Assembly: GCA_030390025.1 (NCBI GenBank)
Contig: CM059431.1
Span: 118,546,001-118,610,000, forward strand
Source of the DNA: Squalus acanthias
Lineage: Eukaryota
DNA: 64,000 nt
Reading direction: 5' to 3'
The translations under genes and the position numbers were made by a program. The notes below the pieces were generated by a model. The model was not told where the DNA came from. It was given only the letters and a program-made list of their open reading frames with translations, and made no database searches. Positions 13,496 to 26,371 of this stretch are shown one piece after another (position 1 is the stretch's first letter; the number at the start of each line of letters is the position of its first letter).

Positions 13496-14212
13496 GGGCC
13501 AGATTTTTTTCTCTCAAAATAATGGCGAGCTAATGGTGCTTGGTGTTATTTATGCACAAATGGCAACTTCAGGCAAGGGACAGATGCACAGTTAAATGCC
13601 ATTATCCATAAGTTGCTGCCAGAGCCGTTAGCTTCCCAAAAATGGCATGTTGCTGTCTGCCACACTATTGAAATGCATTGGCTGGCATGAAGTTGCTGTA
13701 TTTGTGTGGTAGATACGAGCTAAATTCGACACAGAAAGTTAAGTCTTGTAATTTCAAGTGTAAGTACACTTTTTAACAATGTGCTAAGTGTTAACTACTG
13801 CCAAACAACCTCTCTGACATTGAAAATTAACTATTACAAGCGCGGAGTCTCATTCCTTCAGGTATTAAATGTTTCATTTTACTTTTCCTTTTTGCCTCTT
13901 TTTTCTTTCTCTCTGAATCCAATCTTCCTTTCCCTCTCTTTATTTCTCTTTTTGTACCTCATTTGACATTGAATTCACCCGCTCTAATTTACACTTCCTT
14001 CTCAGTCCTTGCATGGTTAATTTCACAATCCTTCAATCTAATTGGTTAAGGAGATACACAGTTGGTAGATGCCCTGGTTCCCTCTCGCTGCAAAGTTATC
14101 AGCTCGCACTTTCAGCAACTGGCCACAAAATGTTTTAAAACCTTAACGTGCAAGGGCAGGTCTAACTAACGGCAGATGGTGCTAGATGCCCTGCTACAGC
14201 AAAATCTGGCCC
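13496..14212. mobile_element. Non-autonomous Harbinger-type element
   Basis: Perfect 12-bp TIR GGGCCAGATTTT / AAAATCTGGCCC with AAT/ATT flanks. An end fragment recurs inverted at ~16525-16565. Confidence 0.8.
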
Positions 14213-14667
14213 ATTATTAGAGTTCTATATGGTAACTTCCTTGAAGCACACAATAAAGGCAAGTTGTCTTTTATGCAGTTAGTCAACATATTGGGCCGGG
14301 TTTCGCAGGTGGAGGCGTACCTCCGGAGTATGCCTCCGACCTGAAAAAAAATCCGAACCTACCTGCAAGGCTCCTGGGCTTCGGAGACTTCAGGTCCTAG
14401 GCCTGCAGGCGTACGCCTGCGTAAAGGCCCACGGATCCCAGGGATGCAGGCGGTTCGGAAGCTGGGATCACGTGGGCCAGATCCTCCTATCAGAAAGTAG
14501 GATTCCTCATATGCTTATGAGGATTCCATTTACGAACGGGATCCTCATTAGCCTATGAGGAATCCTCAAGTAATTAAATAATTTACACAACTGAATAAAA
14601 ATAAATGTTCCCATTTTCACATTTAATTAAAAGTCGCTTTAATGAATCATTTGCAAAAAAAATACAA

Positions 14668-16320
14668 GGGGAAGAATTCATCCCCTTAGCGTCACCTGTT
14701 AGCGCCAGTAGATGACGCTAATGTGGCATTGAGACCAGTACCAAAAGGGTGAGGCAAATCCAGTGCCCACACCAAATCGGGACCCCCGTAATGCTGCCGG
14801 TACCAGCTATCACTAGAGACCTCAACACCAGGGAGATCATGACGTCAGTGAGCGTGCAACACTCACTAAACGCTCAATTTCCCAAATTGCTTTTAGCCGC
14901 TTACCACACCGCCTGGAGTAAACACCGACAGGGAGAGCTGGCGTGCAGTACCAGGGATCATCAGTAATCACTCGCATCTGTCAGGTTAATGCAGTTTCAA
15001 TGGCTTTTTGTTAGTTTCAGCTACTGCAACAGTGTCATTGAATAATTTCAAGGTTCTTTTGTATCAAAAGTCTAGTGGCAAGTACAAAGTAGTTACATTT
15101 ATTCTTCAAAGATTCAAACTGCAAAACTTGGTAAGAGTAATGGGAGCTGCACTGGCATGCCACCTTGCCCTCCAGGATCTATGGTGGAGGGAGCGTAGGC
15201 AGCGAGAAAGACGGAAAAATGTGCGCGGAGGGAGGATGAGGACGAGGAGGAAGAAGATGAGGAGGAAGAAGACGAGGAGGAAGAAGACGAGGAGGAAGAG
15301 GACGAGGGACAGGAGGGAGGGCGGAGGCAGCAAGACAATTGGCCTTCTGGACGGGCTCATCAGAATCCGATTCACATGAAACCCCAGATCCCCGTAGCTC
15401 ACCACATCACCATCATACAATCCCTGTCTCAAGCCATATCACAGCATCCTCCTGGGCACAAAGTTGAAGTGAGAGAGACCACAAAATATTCCAAACACAA
15501 TTAATAACTTTATCTATAATCATATCACACATATCACATGAATTCTAATAACTAATGACCCTTGTGCCTGCCATAGTTGAATAGCTGTCATTGTGTGCAA
15601 GGTGTGAGATGTGGGTGTTAATGTAGCTAGGTAGAGATTGTTGGTGGGTGAGTGCTGGGGCTGTGGTGCATTGAGCAGTGTGTGAAGCATATGGTGCAGA
15701 TGGTGGTATGTAGAATTTGTTGAAGCATTACTCACCCTGACAACCCATGTGAGCTTGTCAAACTTTCTCCTGCACTGTGTGTAGGTCCTGGGGACCACAG
15801 TGTTGCCTGTGACGTGGTGTGCCACCTCCCTCCACATAGTCTGGCAGACTTGTGGTGAGGGCCTCTTGCCAGTTGTGGGATACAGGACTGCCCGACTTCT
15901 CTCCACCGCTAAAACTAATGCCCCCAAAGCTTCCTCAGAAAACCCCCGGGCTCTCTCCCTGGGGCGGCGATCTGCCATCAGCATTTGTAAATAAGTGCTC
16001 CTTCTCTTTGTCCTTCTTCTTGAGGCAGCTGTACACCCAACAATGCTGAGAATGTTGCAGCATCAAGGACTTCCTCTTTAAGCAGTGAAAAAAGCCTATG
16101 GCAATCATTACTTGCGTTTAGACTACACCCGATTTTTGGTCCATCTTTTCAGTGCAACGCCAATGAGCTTGGGTTTTTAAACTAGATTTATGGCTCCAAT
16201 CATTTTAATGAGGAGTGAGGACGAATTTTGCGTATAGTCTAGATGATTTTCACCTGGCGCTAATTCACCATTTTTAGTCTGAACACTGCCCATGCCTTGG
16301 CTATAACTAATTTCTAACCC
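14668..16320. mobile_element. Internally deleted Harbinger (transposase N+C remnant on +, Myb exon 1 on -)
   Basis: GGGGAAGAATT / AATTTCTAACCC ends. MGAALACHLALQD..LIRIRFT on the plus strand. Sister copy at 47757-49279. Confidence 0.8.
15736..15978 (-). pseudogene. Harbinger Myb/SANT-like protein exon 1
   Basis: RERARGFSEEALGALV..WREVA..RTYTQCRRKFDKL, then donor GTGAGT. Confidence 0.8.
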
Positions 16321-16906
16321 ATAATTTTTTGAAAAATAATTTTAAATATTTTAATCCAGGCCAAAATTTCCATAGACTAATTTAAAATGTTTGTAGATCA
16401 TTTTTTATTTTAAAATTTTTATTTAACTGCTTTTACCAGGCGTAAGGGTTTTGTGGGCATTTGCTGGGCAGTAGTTGGGAAAATAGCCCAAATCTCGATG
16501 ACCATATAGAACTGTAATAGAACTGGGCCAGATTTTGCAGTAGCAGGGCATCTAACAGCATCCGGGTCAATAACTCATTCACAGCCGTGATTAGCACATT
16601 ACATTAACACTGCTGCTGCTCCAGCTACCTTTAACAGTGCTATTCCACACAGAACTGAATTATTATTTAGTTTATCTGTGAAAGAAACTAATGAAAATTT
16701 TCTAAATAAACAGCAACCTACCTTGCCTCCCAAAATAATCTATACACAGACAGATATCTAGAGTCGTTGTGTACAACAACAGTAGTACGAGACTGTTGTA
16801 GGTGATAATTGCGTTCAGTTTATTTAATTAGAATTTAAACATCTACTTGGATGGCATTTTGTGTGCAACTGACCTAATCAGGTGCCTTCTTCTGTAAAGA
16901 GGCATA

Positions 16907-17085
16907 GGAGGTGAAATTGGTCTTTGGCAGCAACGCAAAACGAGCACCAGTGAATCATCTGCCCATTTCTCACCCTGCCTGATTTTTTTTCCATTGACTT
17001 CAATGGAAATCAGGTGGGGTGTAAAACAGACCAACAATTTGCTATGGTCCGTTTTGCACTATGGCCGAGGACCAATTTCACCCCC
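16907..17085. mobile_element. 179 bp MITE
   Basis: TIR GGAGGTGAAATTGGTC / GACCAATTTCACCCCC with ATA TSD. Confidence 0.75.
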
Positions 17086-17829
17086 ATAGTCACCAGTTTT
17101 CTGGCAGGCCATGGTCCCAGAATAGCTTGGTTTGAACAATCCGGTCAGACATTAAATGCTGAGCTTAGAATAAATTGTACTGCAACAGAATCTGGATCTC
17201 CTGAAGCAAAGTTTTTGCACTAGTTAAAAAAAAAATTCCACCATCATTGATGATGTATTTTTTTATCAAAGTGAAGGATGGCAGTGCTATGGGACAGGAC
17301 TTGTTCATTTTAAATTTTGGTGTCCAGTGTCAGCATCATACAGTATCAGGCCAGATATAGCAGATTTTAGAGGAAAGCAAAGCTCTTTTTACAATGCCCC
17401 AACAATGGACCATCACCCCAACCTCAGAAGAGTACTCCATACGACATCACTCCAACATGTCCATTTACCACACTGATCATAATTGTGCTCTATTTAAGTA
17501 GAGGTGCCAATTTAGTGACAAATAGTAACAAACTCTGAGCAGTTCTGTGCTATATACTATATATATTCCCCCACCCATATACACAGCCACCCCCTCAATC
17601 TTGTCTCATGTGGCCTCGCTATCCCCTCCGCAATCTCTGACCACTTCCTTATATCACTCTACCTATATTCCCCTTCCCCCTCCTAAACCCACTTATTTTC
17701 TTCTACCCCCCTGGAAAATCTCTCCCTGAGGTCCCTTACCACTGCACTTTCTAGTTTCCAACTACCCGGCACAGACACGATGGACCGAATGGCCTCCTTC
17801 TGTGCCATTATGACTCTATGACCTAGCTT

Positions 17830-20390
17830 TTGACCTACAATTCTTCATGACATCTCTGCAGCTACTGACTTACTAAAGCACACCCTCTCCACCACTTTTG
17901 ATGCCCTTGTCCCCACTAAAATCATTACACTCTCTCACCCTAGTCATTCCCCTGGTATACCTCTCATCTCTGCTCCCTTAAGTGCAATGAATGCAGACTT
18001 GAACGTCTTTGCCAGACAACTGGTCTAATCATCCATCACCAGATTTGGCTAGATCATACAAAGCACGACCTGGTCCTGCTCTTCATCATTAAAACTGCCC
18101 AATATTCTAGGATCATCCAGGATGGCAAAAATAACACCAGGGGGGAAAAATTTGGTTTCTTTGCACCTCCCGTTAGCGCCCTAGCACCCGGGCATGACAC
18201 CGCTGACGCCTCCTGTGAAATTCAGCAGGAGGTTAGCAGCGGCGGTAGCCGGTAGCGCACCACGGCGCTGCACCTCCGGTGATGATGTCATCGCCATGCG
18301 CAGCACCCCGCTCGTGCCCCGGCCGCAAACTTGGCTCGTGCCCCCTGACCTACCGCCGGACGCTATGTCTGACAGGGTCAGGGTGCCATTTTTGCGGCTG
18401 AGGCGGTGTAAATTAAAGGGTAGGTGCCGGGCAGCCATTTTTTTTGAGCCGCCTGCCAGCACCTGCCCCCTCTCGCCTCCTCCTGCGGGGTGCCGGCCAC
18501 GATCAGTCAGTCCGGCACTCCTCTTGAGTGCCGGGCTCTTTTGCTGGCACCCCGCTCCCCAGTGGTCCAGCAGGGCCCCGGTGCGTGCTGCGCTAGTCCC
18601 CTCCCCTTTAATCAGGAGAGGGTGGCCTGTAATACCCGTGGCGCTGCTGCATGTAGCGCCGCGATATTCAATGGGAGCGCTTCCAGTAGCGCCCCGCCTC
18701 CTGCTTGGGGCGCTACCATTCAATTTTGCATATTTCTCTAATTTCTCTCCCATCGCCCCTCTTCCCCTTTCAAAGCTCATCTTGTCAATGAGACCAACCT
18801 CCTGCTGTCTTGACCCTGTTCCTACTAAATTGCTGACCACCCAACTTCCCTTCCTGGCTCCCATGTTAGCAGATATTGTTAACAGTTCTCTCTCCTCAGG
18901 TATTGTCCCTCTTTCCTTCAAATCTGCTGTCATCACCCCTCTCCTCAAAAAAACTCTTGACCCCTCTGCGCTTGCCAACTATCACCCATCCCCAACCTCC
19001 ATTTCCTCTCCAAAGTTCTTGAACATGTTGTCGCCTCCCAAATCTGTGCACATCTTTCACAGAACTCCTTGTTTGAATCCCTCCAACAAGGCTGCTCTTA
19101 CCAAGGTCACAAGGTCACAAATGACATCCTAATTGAATGCAACACAGGTAATTCATCCCTGCTCATGCTTCTGGACCTGTCTACAGCATTTGACCTGGTT
19201 GACCACAAAATTCTGCTCCAATGCCTCTCCACCGTTGTCCAGCTGGATGGAACTGCACTCGCCTGGTTTCATTCCTATTTTTTCAGCCGTAATGATAGAA
19301 TCACCTGCAATGGCTTCTCTTCCCGACCCCACACTGTCACCCCTGGAGTCCCCCAAGGATCTATCCTTGGCCCCCTTCTATTTCTCATCTACATGCTCCT
19401 CCTCGGTGACATCATCTGGCAACACAATGTGAGTTTTCACATATATGCTGATGATACCCAGCTCTACCTCTCCTCCACCTCTCTCGAACCCTCCACCGTC
19501 TCTATAATATCAGCCTGCTTGTCCGACATCCAGCACTGGATGAGTAGAAATTTCCTCCAATTAAATATCGGGAAGACTGAAGCCATTGTCTTCGGTTCAC
19601 GCCACAAAATCCATTCCCCTTCCACTGATTCGATCCTCTCTCCCCGGCAACTGTCTAAGGCTGACCAAGTCTGTTCGCAACCTTGGTGTCATATTTGATC
19701 ATGAATTGAGCTTCCTACCTCATATCTGTTCTATCACTGAGACTGCCCATTTCCACCTTCGTAATATCGCCCATCTCCGCCCTTACCTTATCTTATCTGC
19801 TGCTGATACCCTCATCCATGCCTTTATCACCTCTAGACTTGACTATTCCAATGCACTCCTGGCCGGCCTCCCTAGTTCTACCCTCCATAAACTTGAGGTC
19901 ATCCAAAACTCTGCCGCCCATGAGCTAACTCACACTACGTCCCGCTCACCCATCTCTCCTGCGCTTGCTGACCTACATTGGTCAGTTAAACAACACCTCG
20001 ATTCTAAAATTCTCATCCTTGTTTTCAAATTTCTCCATGGCCTTGCCCCTCCTTATCTCTGCAATCTCCTCCAGCCCTATAATCCCTGTAGACCTCTGCG
20101 CTCTGCCTATTCTGGCCTATTGAACATCCCCGATTTTAAATGCTCCATCATTGGAGTCGTGCTTTCAGCTGCCTAAGCTCTGGAATTCCCTCCCTAAATC
20201 TCTCTGCCTCGCCACTTCTCTTTCCTCCTTTAAGATGCTCCTACCTCTTCGACCAAGCTTTTGGTCATCTGCCCTAGCATTTCCTTATATGGCCCGGTGC
20301 CAATTTTGTTTTTGATAACACTTCTGTGAAGCGCCTTGAGTCATTGTGTTACATTAAAGGCGCTATATAAATATAAGTTGGTGTTGTTAT
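17830..20390 (+). mobile_element. L2-clade LINE ORF2 (RT) and 3' end, frameshifted
   Basis: LLDLSTAFDLVDH, GVPQGSILGP, YADDTQLY and ITSRLDYSNALL motifs; L2 3' tail. Confidence 0.92.
18141..18735. mobile_element. GC-rich Harbinger MITE (family B, inverted) inside L2
   Basis: Start GGGGGAAAAATT..CCTCCCGTTAGCGCC is the reverse complement of the right end of 38598-39492 and 41811-42703. Confidence 0.7.
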
Positions 20391-22648
20391 GGACCCCTGG
20401 CCACAAGGAACAAAGTTGAGGTTGCCCAAACTGTTTTGCTTCAGGGCTTAAAATCTGATGAGCAAGTTTATGCTTGTGCAGTTGTTTTCCTGTTGTTCCA
20501 GTGCAGGGGAATGTACCCCCTAATTAAAACAGGATAGTTTCTTTTGCACCAGATCCATTACAAAACTCCTTAATTGTTGCCTTTTTGCTATTCTATTAAG
20601 TGACAATAGGTGAATTACATTTATACAACAGCCTTAATGTAGTTATGTAAATCTAGTTAATTAGAATTCAGACTTTGAATACAGACAAAAAATAAGCCTT
20701 GTCTTTACAAAACTTGGGAGTGCAAAATTATTAGGCTATTAGCAATAACATGAACAATTATGTTAATTATACCTAATTTACATATACAAATTAGGTTCAT
20801 TGGAACAGAGTTTTCTCTCTAGCTGAAAATATATAAATCCTATCTTCATGAACTTAAAGGGTATGGGTAAGGTCACCAGTCATATTTGGAAAAAGTATAT
20901 TGCAATAAATCATACTTTTCTTTTGGTTTCAATCTCGAGTATTTTTTACACGTCAGTCACTCAGATAAAAGATTTCTGTTTAAGTGCTTTAATACAGGCA
21001 AACTGCTATGGCATTGTTCTGTTGTACTGTCATTAGCATCTGACTAGTATCTATGGCTACAAGTAGTGAGTAATATCATTTTGATGCCAATTATTAATAA
21101 TTTCTAGGTGAATTCTTAAAAGATATGAATTGATTATTGGTTTGAGTCTCATCCTAAGGGACTGTAGCCGTTGGTGCAGATGTGGAGTTACCGTTATGGG
21201 AGAGGATGTAGACCGCAGTCGTGTCACAGCAAGTGAGTCTTGTGAGCCAAGAAATGTCTGAATTGTCAGGATGTGTAATTCAAAATGTAATTGTGATTGA
21301 CTTTGCAAATTTAACATGAAAAGTAAATTTCAGTCACATATTTTAACAACAGCCTTTTCTGTTTCAGCGTTACTAATGGCTGTGATCCCCTATCAGTCTG
21401 TAATGCTGATTGTAAACTGATATGGGAAGGTACAAATCAGATAACAGGATAGCTATATTGGTTCCCAATTGAGTCCAGTAAAAAGAATCTAAAAACAAAA
21501 GTAGCTCCCAGAAGTAGTCATTAATATTTTGTGCAGTTCTTTTACATTGTCCTTTAACCAATCAATATCCGTCACGAGCAGTGATCAAACCAATTACAGT
21601 AGAAAGAAGATCATATCTGGCTCTAAAATTCAATGTCATTTGTCAGAATAGTGTCACACAGCCGACATTTGATTCCTGGGTAGTGAGATAACTGATTTCC
21701 ACTGGCACTGCATTGGTGCACAGTTGGTATTAGGACTCCTTGGTGAAAAAAAGGGAAAAGTCAAGCAGGGGTTCCACTTCTAAGCCTTATCCGGTCACCT
21801 CTACTGGAAGCAGCATGTGTGAATGTTGGATGAGGACGGGATTGGGCATGACTGTGATGTCCCTAGTAGTTGAATCACCTGCTAACACTCTTGGCTTGCA
21901 CATAAATAATGGTCACTTCGATGACGGCAAGCAGCACCCCTGGAATGTAGACCAACAATGGATCCTTCCTTCAGTAAAGGGAGAGCGGAAGGGAAGAAAC
22001 ATTGCTGAGCAAAAAAATGTAACAGCCACAATGGTAATTTTTTTTTCTCAGCCAATTTTTTTCTTTCGTCTCCTCAGGGCATGGATATTTTGCTGGAATA
22101 TGTTCCGAGGGTGATGAGTACCTCTGTTGTTGCTCATCGTTAACTCAGCGCAGACCACAGATTGAATTTGGGACCTTTCTAGTCTGTATGGTTTTGTTAC
22201 TCACAGTATAACCTCTGTGATTCAGTGGGGAAGGTTAATTGGTCTGAAACACGTAACTATAGTGAAAAGACACAGATAATTTACTAAATATGCCCTGTTA
22301 GTGGGCATGAACATGGTATTAAACTGTTTTCTCTGAGAGGTACTCAGATTATATTTATAGTATTCTGGGGTCTAAAAAACTACCACAGCATGAGATCTAA
22401 GTGCTGAATTTCCTCATTGTCTTCAGCACTTACGTTGTTGTTTTACCATTATTGAGCTGAAAAGTCCGAGTTAATTTGCATTTTAGTGCATTTAGGTAAA
22501 TAAATGCAAGTTTCCTCGCGCTTTTTAACAATGCAAATTTTACGTCTGTCAAAGCCCTCAGGGCTCATTTATATAGCTGCTCTGTTCAAATACATGGAAG
22601 TTTCCTGGGTTTATGCCGATTGGTGTAATTTTACATCCAAAAAGCAAA

Positions 22649-23178
22649 GGGCTGAATTTGGGCATCCAAAAACGGGTGGATTGGGGTCGGGTCAGATGCT
22701 AAATTTATAAAAATCTAAAACTCGACTCCCCAAGTCCCCTCCAACATGCCCACGTCTGGGTTTCCCAGGCCTCGGGAAACCCGGCAGCTGAAGAGAGGCG
22801 AGGACAGGTTCGAGGAGAAGATAGGTGTCTTTACAGCCTGCTTGTGGGCCAGGAGAAGTAGGAATACTTCCCCCTCGCCCCCGGCCACCCCAAGCTTCCC
22901 CCCATCAGACCCCCTCCCCATACAAAGGCCCCCGGGATCGGACCCCCCCCACCCCCGGGGTTGTGGATCGGACCTACCTGCTCTTGTGGCCTGCTCCGGA
23001 GTCCTCCCAGCTCGCTTGAAGCCAAGCCTGTCAATCAGGCTGACTTCCGGGCAGGGAACCTGTCATTGACAAAAGAGTTAAAACTCCACAGTGTGCAGCG
23101 AAACTCGGGCTTCCGGGTTTCCCATACAAAACTCCGTCTCCCCTCCTACATAACCTACCCCTGTTAAGATCCAGTGCC
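22649..23178. mobile_element. Non-autonomous Harbinger-type element (family C)
   Basis: GGGCTGAATTT start. Internal homology with 57765-58452 (GCCAAG..TGTCAATCAGGCTGACTTCC). Confidence 0.7.
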
Positions 23179-23479
23179 TAACAGTCTAACAGCTCCTCCT
23201 AGCACTTCATAAGTGAGGAGTCAGTGAGCTGAAGAGGACACCAACTTCACTTACTGATCACAGGCTTTTGAGCGACATTTTTTAACCCATTCTGTCACTA
23301 TTTTTGTCACTGTCACCTGCTCTTCATTTTATTGTAGTGATTTCCTCTCTTTCCAGAGAAAAAAACTGGGACCCCTGACTTCCCCCACCCTCAAACCTAC
23401 GCTCAGATTGACTTCAGACAAGGTTGGCTTTCACTAAAGGCATACCACTCCATGCCATAATAATAGAGGAGGAGTTGCA

Positions 23480-24120
23480 ATAGCAGTGTGTCCAGGCCAG
23501 AGAATCAGGCTGTGTGGCTGAGGACAGCAGCCAACCAGGTAATGCTCTCCTCAATGTGTCTGCAGGCTATACCGGTCCTTTGAGGTCTTCTCTGAGAAGC
23601 CGTGCATCTGACAGCTGCACCCCTCTAATGATGCTATTGAATCAATTGCCAACACTCTTGGCTTGCACATAAATAATGGGCACTTGCATGACAGCAAGCA
23701 GAACTCTTGGAATGTAAACCAACAAAATGGTCCTTCCTTCACTGAAGGGAGAGTGCAAGGGGAGAAACATTGGTGAGCAGAAAAAATACAACAGCAACAA
23801 TGGTCTTTTTTTTCTCAGCTAATTTTTCTTTTCCTCTCCTCAGGTTATTAACGTGACAGCAGCACTAAAATATCTTGGTTCTGCATCCTTCCAGAGTGCC
23901 ACGGGGCATCTGAGCAACATTAGCCAAACAGCTGTCAAGATGTGTATCCTGTCGTCTTTCATAGAGCAGACAGGTTCCTCTACTTGGCCATCTCCCCCAG
24001 GCAGCAGAGGCACAGAGCAAGGGGACTTCTATAGGATAGCTGGATTCCCCAGGATGCAGGGTGCCATGACAGCACGCATTGAAGGCATCGATCGAGCAGT
24101 CACTGACGTATGTGTGTAGA
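23480..24120 (+). pseudogene. Degraded Harbinger transposase fragments
   Basis: TAALKYLGSASFQSATGHLSNISQTAV and YRIAGFPRMQGA motifs. Confidence 0.7.
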
Positions 24121-24435
24121 CAGGAGTTCCACTCTGCCAATGAGGCCATGTCCTCAATGGCTTAACTATGGTGTAACCACGGCATAACTGACATCGAGAA
24201 AATTCAGGATCTTTGTGCGTGATGCAGATCATGGTTGAAAATGGCAGAATATGTCCTTGCATTAATCAACTGAGTTAGAGGTGAGGTTATGTTAGTTAAG
24301 GCGAAACAAAATTAGGCATTATTGGCATATACATCTATTCAGTAAACTTGAGAGTTACTGGCTCCTTGTACTCAATAAAAACCAAGTAAGTAAAATAGAA
24401 AAACATTAGATTATACATTATATCTACTATATAAT

Positions 24436-25794
24436 ATATCTACTATAACCCCACTGACTCTCACAGCTACCTTGATTACACTTTGACATGAATCTTGTCA
24501 TTCATGTGGAAATGACTTATGAAATAATACTGGGCAGCCTGCTGGTGGCGCTGTCCAGGGAGAGTATAAATACTCGGGCATGGGCCCAGCTTGCTCAGGA
24601 CATTCTTCAACAGGAACTAGTGAAGGACACAAGTAGACCTCCATGTTGAAAAACAGTTGATTAAAGCTTTGTTTAACGCTTAGACCAAGTGCCTAGTAGT
24701 TTTCTTACATCACACTTCTTCCCAGCCCGCTTCCTGTAAGGACTCTATTCCATTTTCCCAGTTTCTCTGTCTTCATCACATCTGTTCTGACAATGCCACC
24801 TTCCACACCAGTGCTTCCGATATGTCTTCCTTTTAATTCAAACGAGGATTCCCCTCCACCGTTGTTAACATGGCCCTCGACCATGTTTGTCCCATTTCCC
24901 GCACTTCTACTCTCACTCCTTCCTCTCCCTCCCAGCACCACGATAGGGTTCCCCTTGGCCTCACCTTTCACCCCACCAGCCTTCACATTCAATGGATCAT
25001 CCAACACCATTTCCGCCACATCCAGCCACCACCAAACATATTTTCCCCTCCCCTTTCAACATTCTGAAGGGACCGTTCTCCCCGCGACACCCTGGTCCAC
25101 TCCTCCATCACCTCTAACACGTGTTCCCCTTCCCATGGCACCTTTCCATGCAAGCGCAGGAGATGCAACACCTGCCTTTTCACCTCCTCCCTTTCCACCA
25201 TTCAGTGCCCCAAACACCCCTTCCAGATGAAACAGTGATTTACTTGTACTTCTTTCAATTTAATATACTGTATTCGCTGCTCACGATGCAGTCTCCTCTA
25301 CAATGGGGAAATCAAATGCAGATTGGGTGATAGCTTTGCTGACCACCTCTGTTCAGTCTGCAAGCGTGACCCTGAGCTTCCAGTCGCTTACCATTTTAAA
25401 TCTCCGCCCCACTCCCACTCTGACCTCTCTGTCCTCGGCCTCCTACATTGTTCCAATGAAGCTCAATGGAAGTTCGAGGAACAGCACCTCATCTTTTCAT
25501 TATGCACTTTACAACCATCTAGAGTCAACACTGAATTCAACAATTTCAGATCATAACCACTGCACCCATTTTTTCAGACCCATCTTTTGTTTCTTTACTT
25601 GTCCCATTACATCTCCTTTTCCTTGCACCATCAACCCTTTTGTCATTTAATCTCTCCTGCCTCCCAGCCTATCACCGACCTTCCCTTTTGTTCTATACTC
25701 CCCTCCCCCTGTTCCTTGCCACTGTACTTGCTTAAAACCTGTTGAATTTCTAATCTTTTCCAGTTCTGAGGAAAGATCATCGACCTGAAATGTT
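24436..25794 (+). mobile_element. Penelope-like retroelement 3' part (RT thumb + GIY-YIG), degraded
   Basis: PTDSHSYLDYTSS..KDSIPFSQF and YCIRCSRC..GESNAD / DHLCSVCKRDPELPVAYHF motifs. Hammerhead-like motif at 25766-25794. Confidence 0.85.
24484..24712 (+). mobile_element. 229 bp solo LTR inside Penelope element
   Basis: TG..CA ends, exact 5-bp TSD CACTT, TATAAA at ~24566 and ATTAAA at ~24660. Confidence 0.8.
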
Positions 25795-26371
25795 GGGGGG
25801 AATCTTAACCCCAAGTATGAGTGGCTTGGGGGCGAGTGGGGAGTTAAAATAAGTGATTTTTAGATCACAACCTGCAACCCGGTTCCAAGGCGTTCATTTC
25901 TGGGTTTAACGGAGGCGCATTGGATGCCTGCGAGTAACCTACTCGCCTAAGTTGGTGCTTTGATTAATGCCAGTGGGTGGGTACTTATTGCAGCAATTAG
26001 CGTCCTTATCAGTATTAATTCAATTTTACTAACCTTTAAATTTAACATCTCCAGCACAGGCTTCCCGGAGCTCGTTAATCTCGCCAGTGAAACAGAGGCG
26101 AAATTGAGCCGCAGTTTATGCGGGTATTTAAATTTGTGATTGCCCATCTGAATAAAAGTTCAGTTATTACAGCTGGTGTCTTTGTTCCCTCTGGCAAATG
26201 TTTGGCAGAGAGTTCCTGTGTTGATATAGCTTTTTCTCTACTGTGAAGCCTTTCAAACTGACAAGATCTGGATGGGCAGAACGTTGGATGTGTTTCACAG
26301 CACATCAGAAGACAAAGACCTTCACCATCCACGGCAGCGACAACGTGCTGTGGTTGAATCAGCAGGTACAC
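25795..26371 (+). mobile_element. Harbinger end plus start of transposase, running into the minisatellite
   Basis: GGGGGGAATCTT terminus. ATG at 26272 gives MGRTLDVFHSTSEDKDLHHPRQRQR, resembling the N-termini of the other transposases in the window. Confidence 0.6.

Larger units (their letters stand above)
14293..16500. mobile_element. Family A-like element hosting a nested Harbinger derivative
   Basis: GGGCCGGGTTT start, GGGATCACGTGGGCC motif and AT-rich tract split by 14668-16320. Right end uncertain. Confidence 0.5.

Noticed and set aside
18181..19132. 265-aa and 312-aa ORFs
   Set aside because: GC-rich MITE read-through into the L2 frame; not a gene.
12388..21260. Possible micro-exons on minus strand (~21193-21258, ~16722-16739, ~12390-12411)
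   Set aside because: Splice-like signals present but the segments are too short and acceptors weak; unsupported without transcripts.
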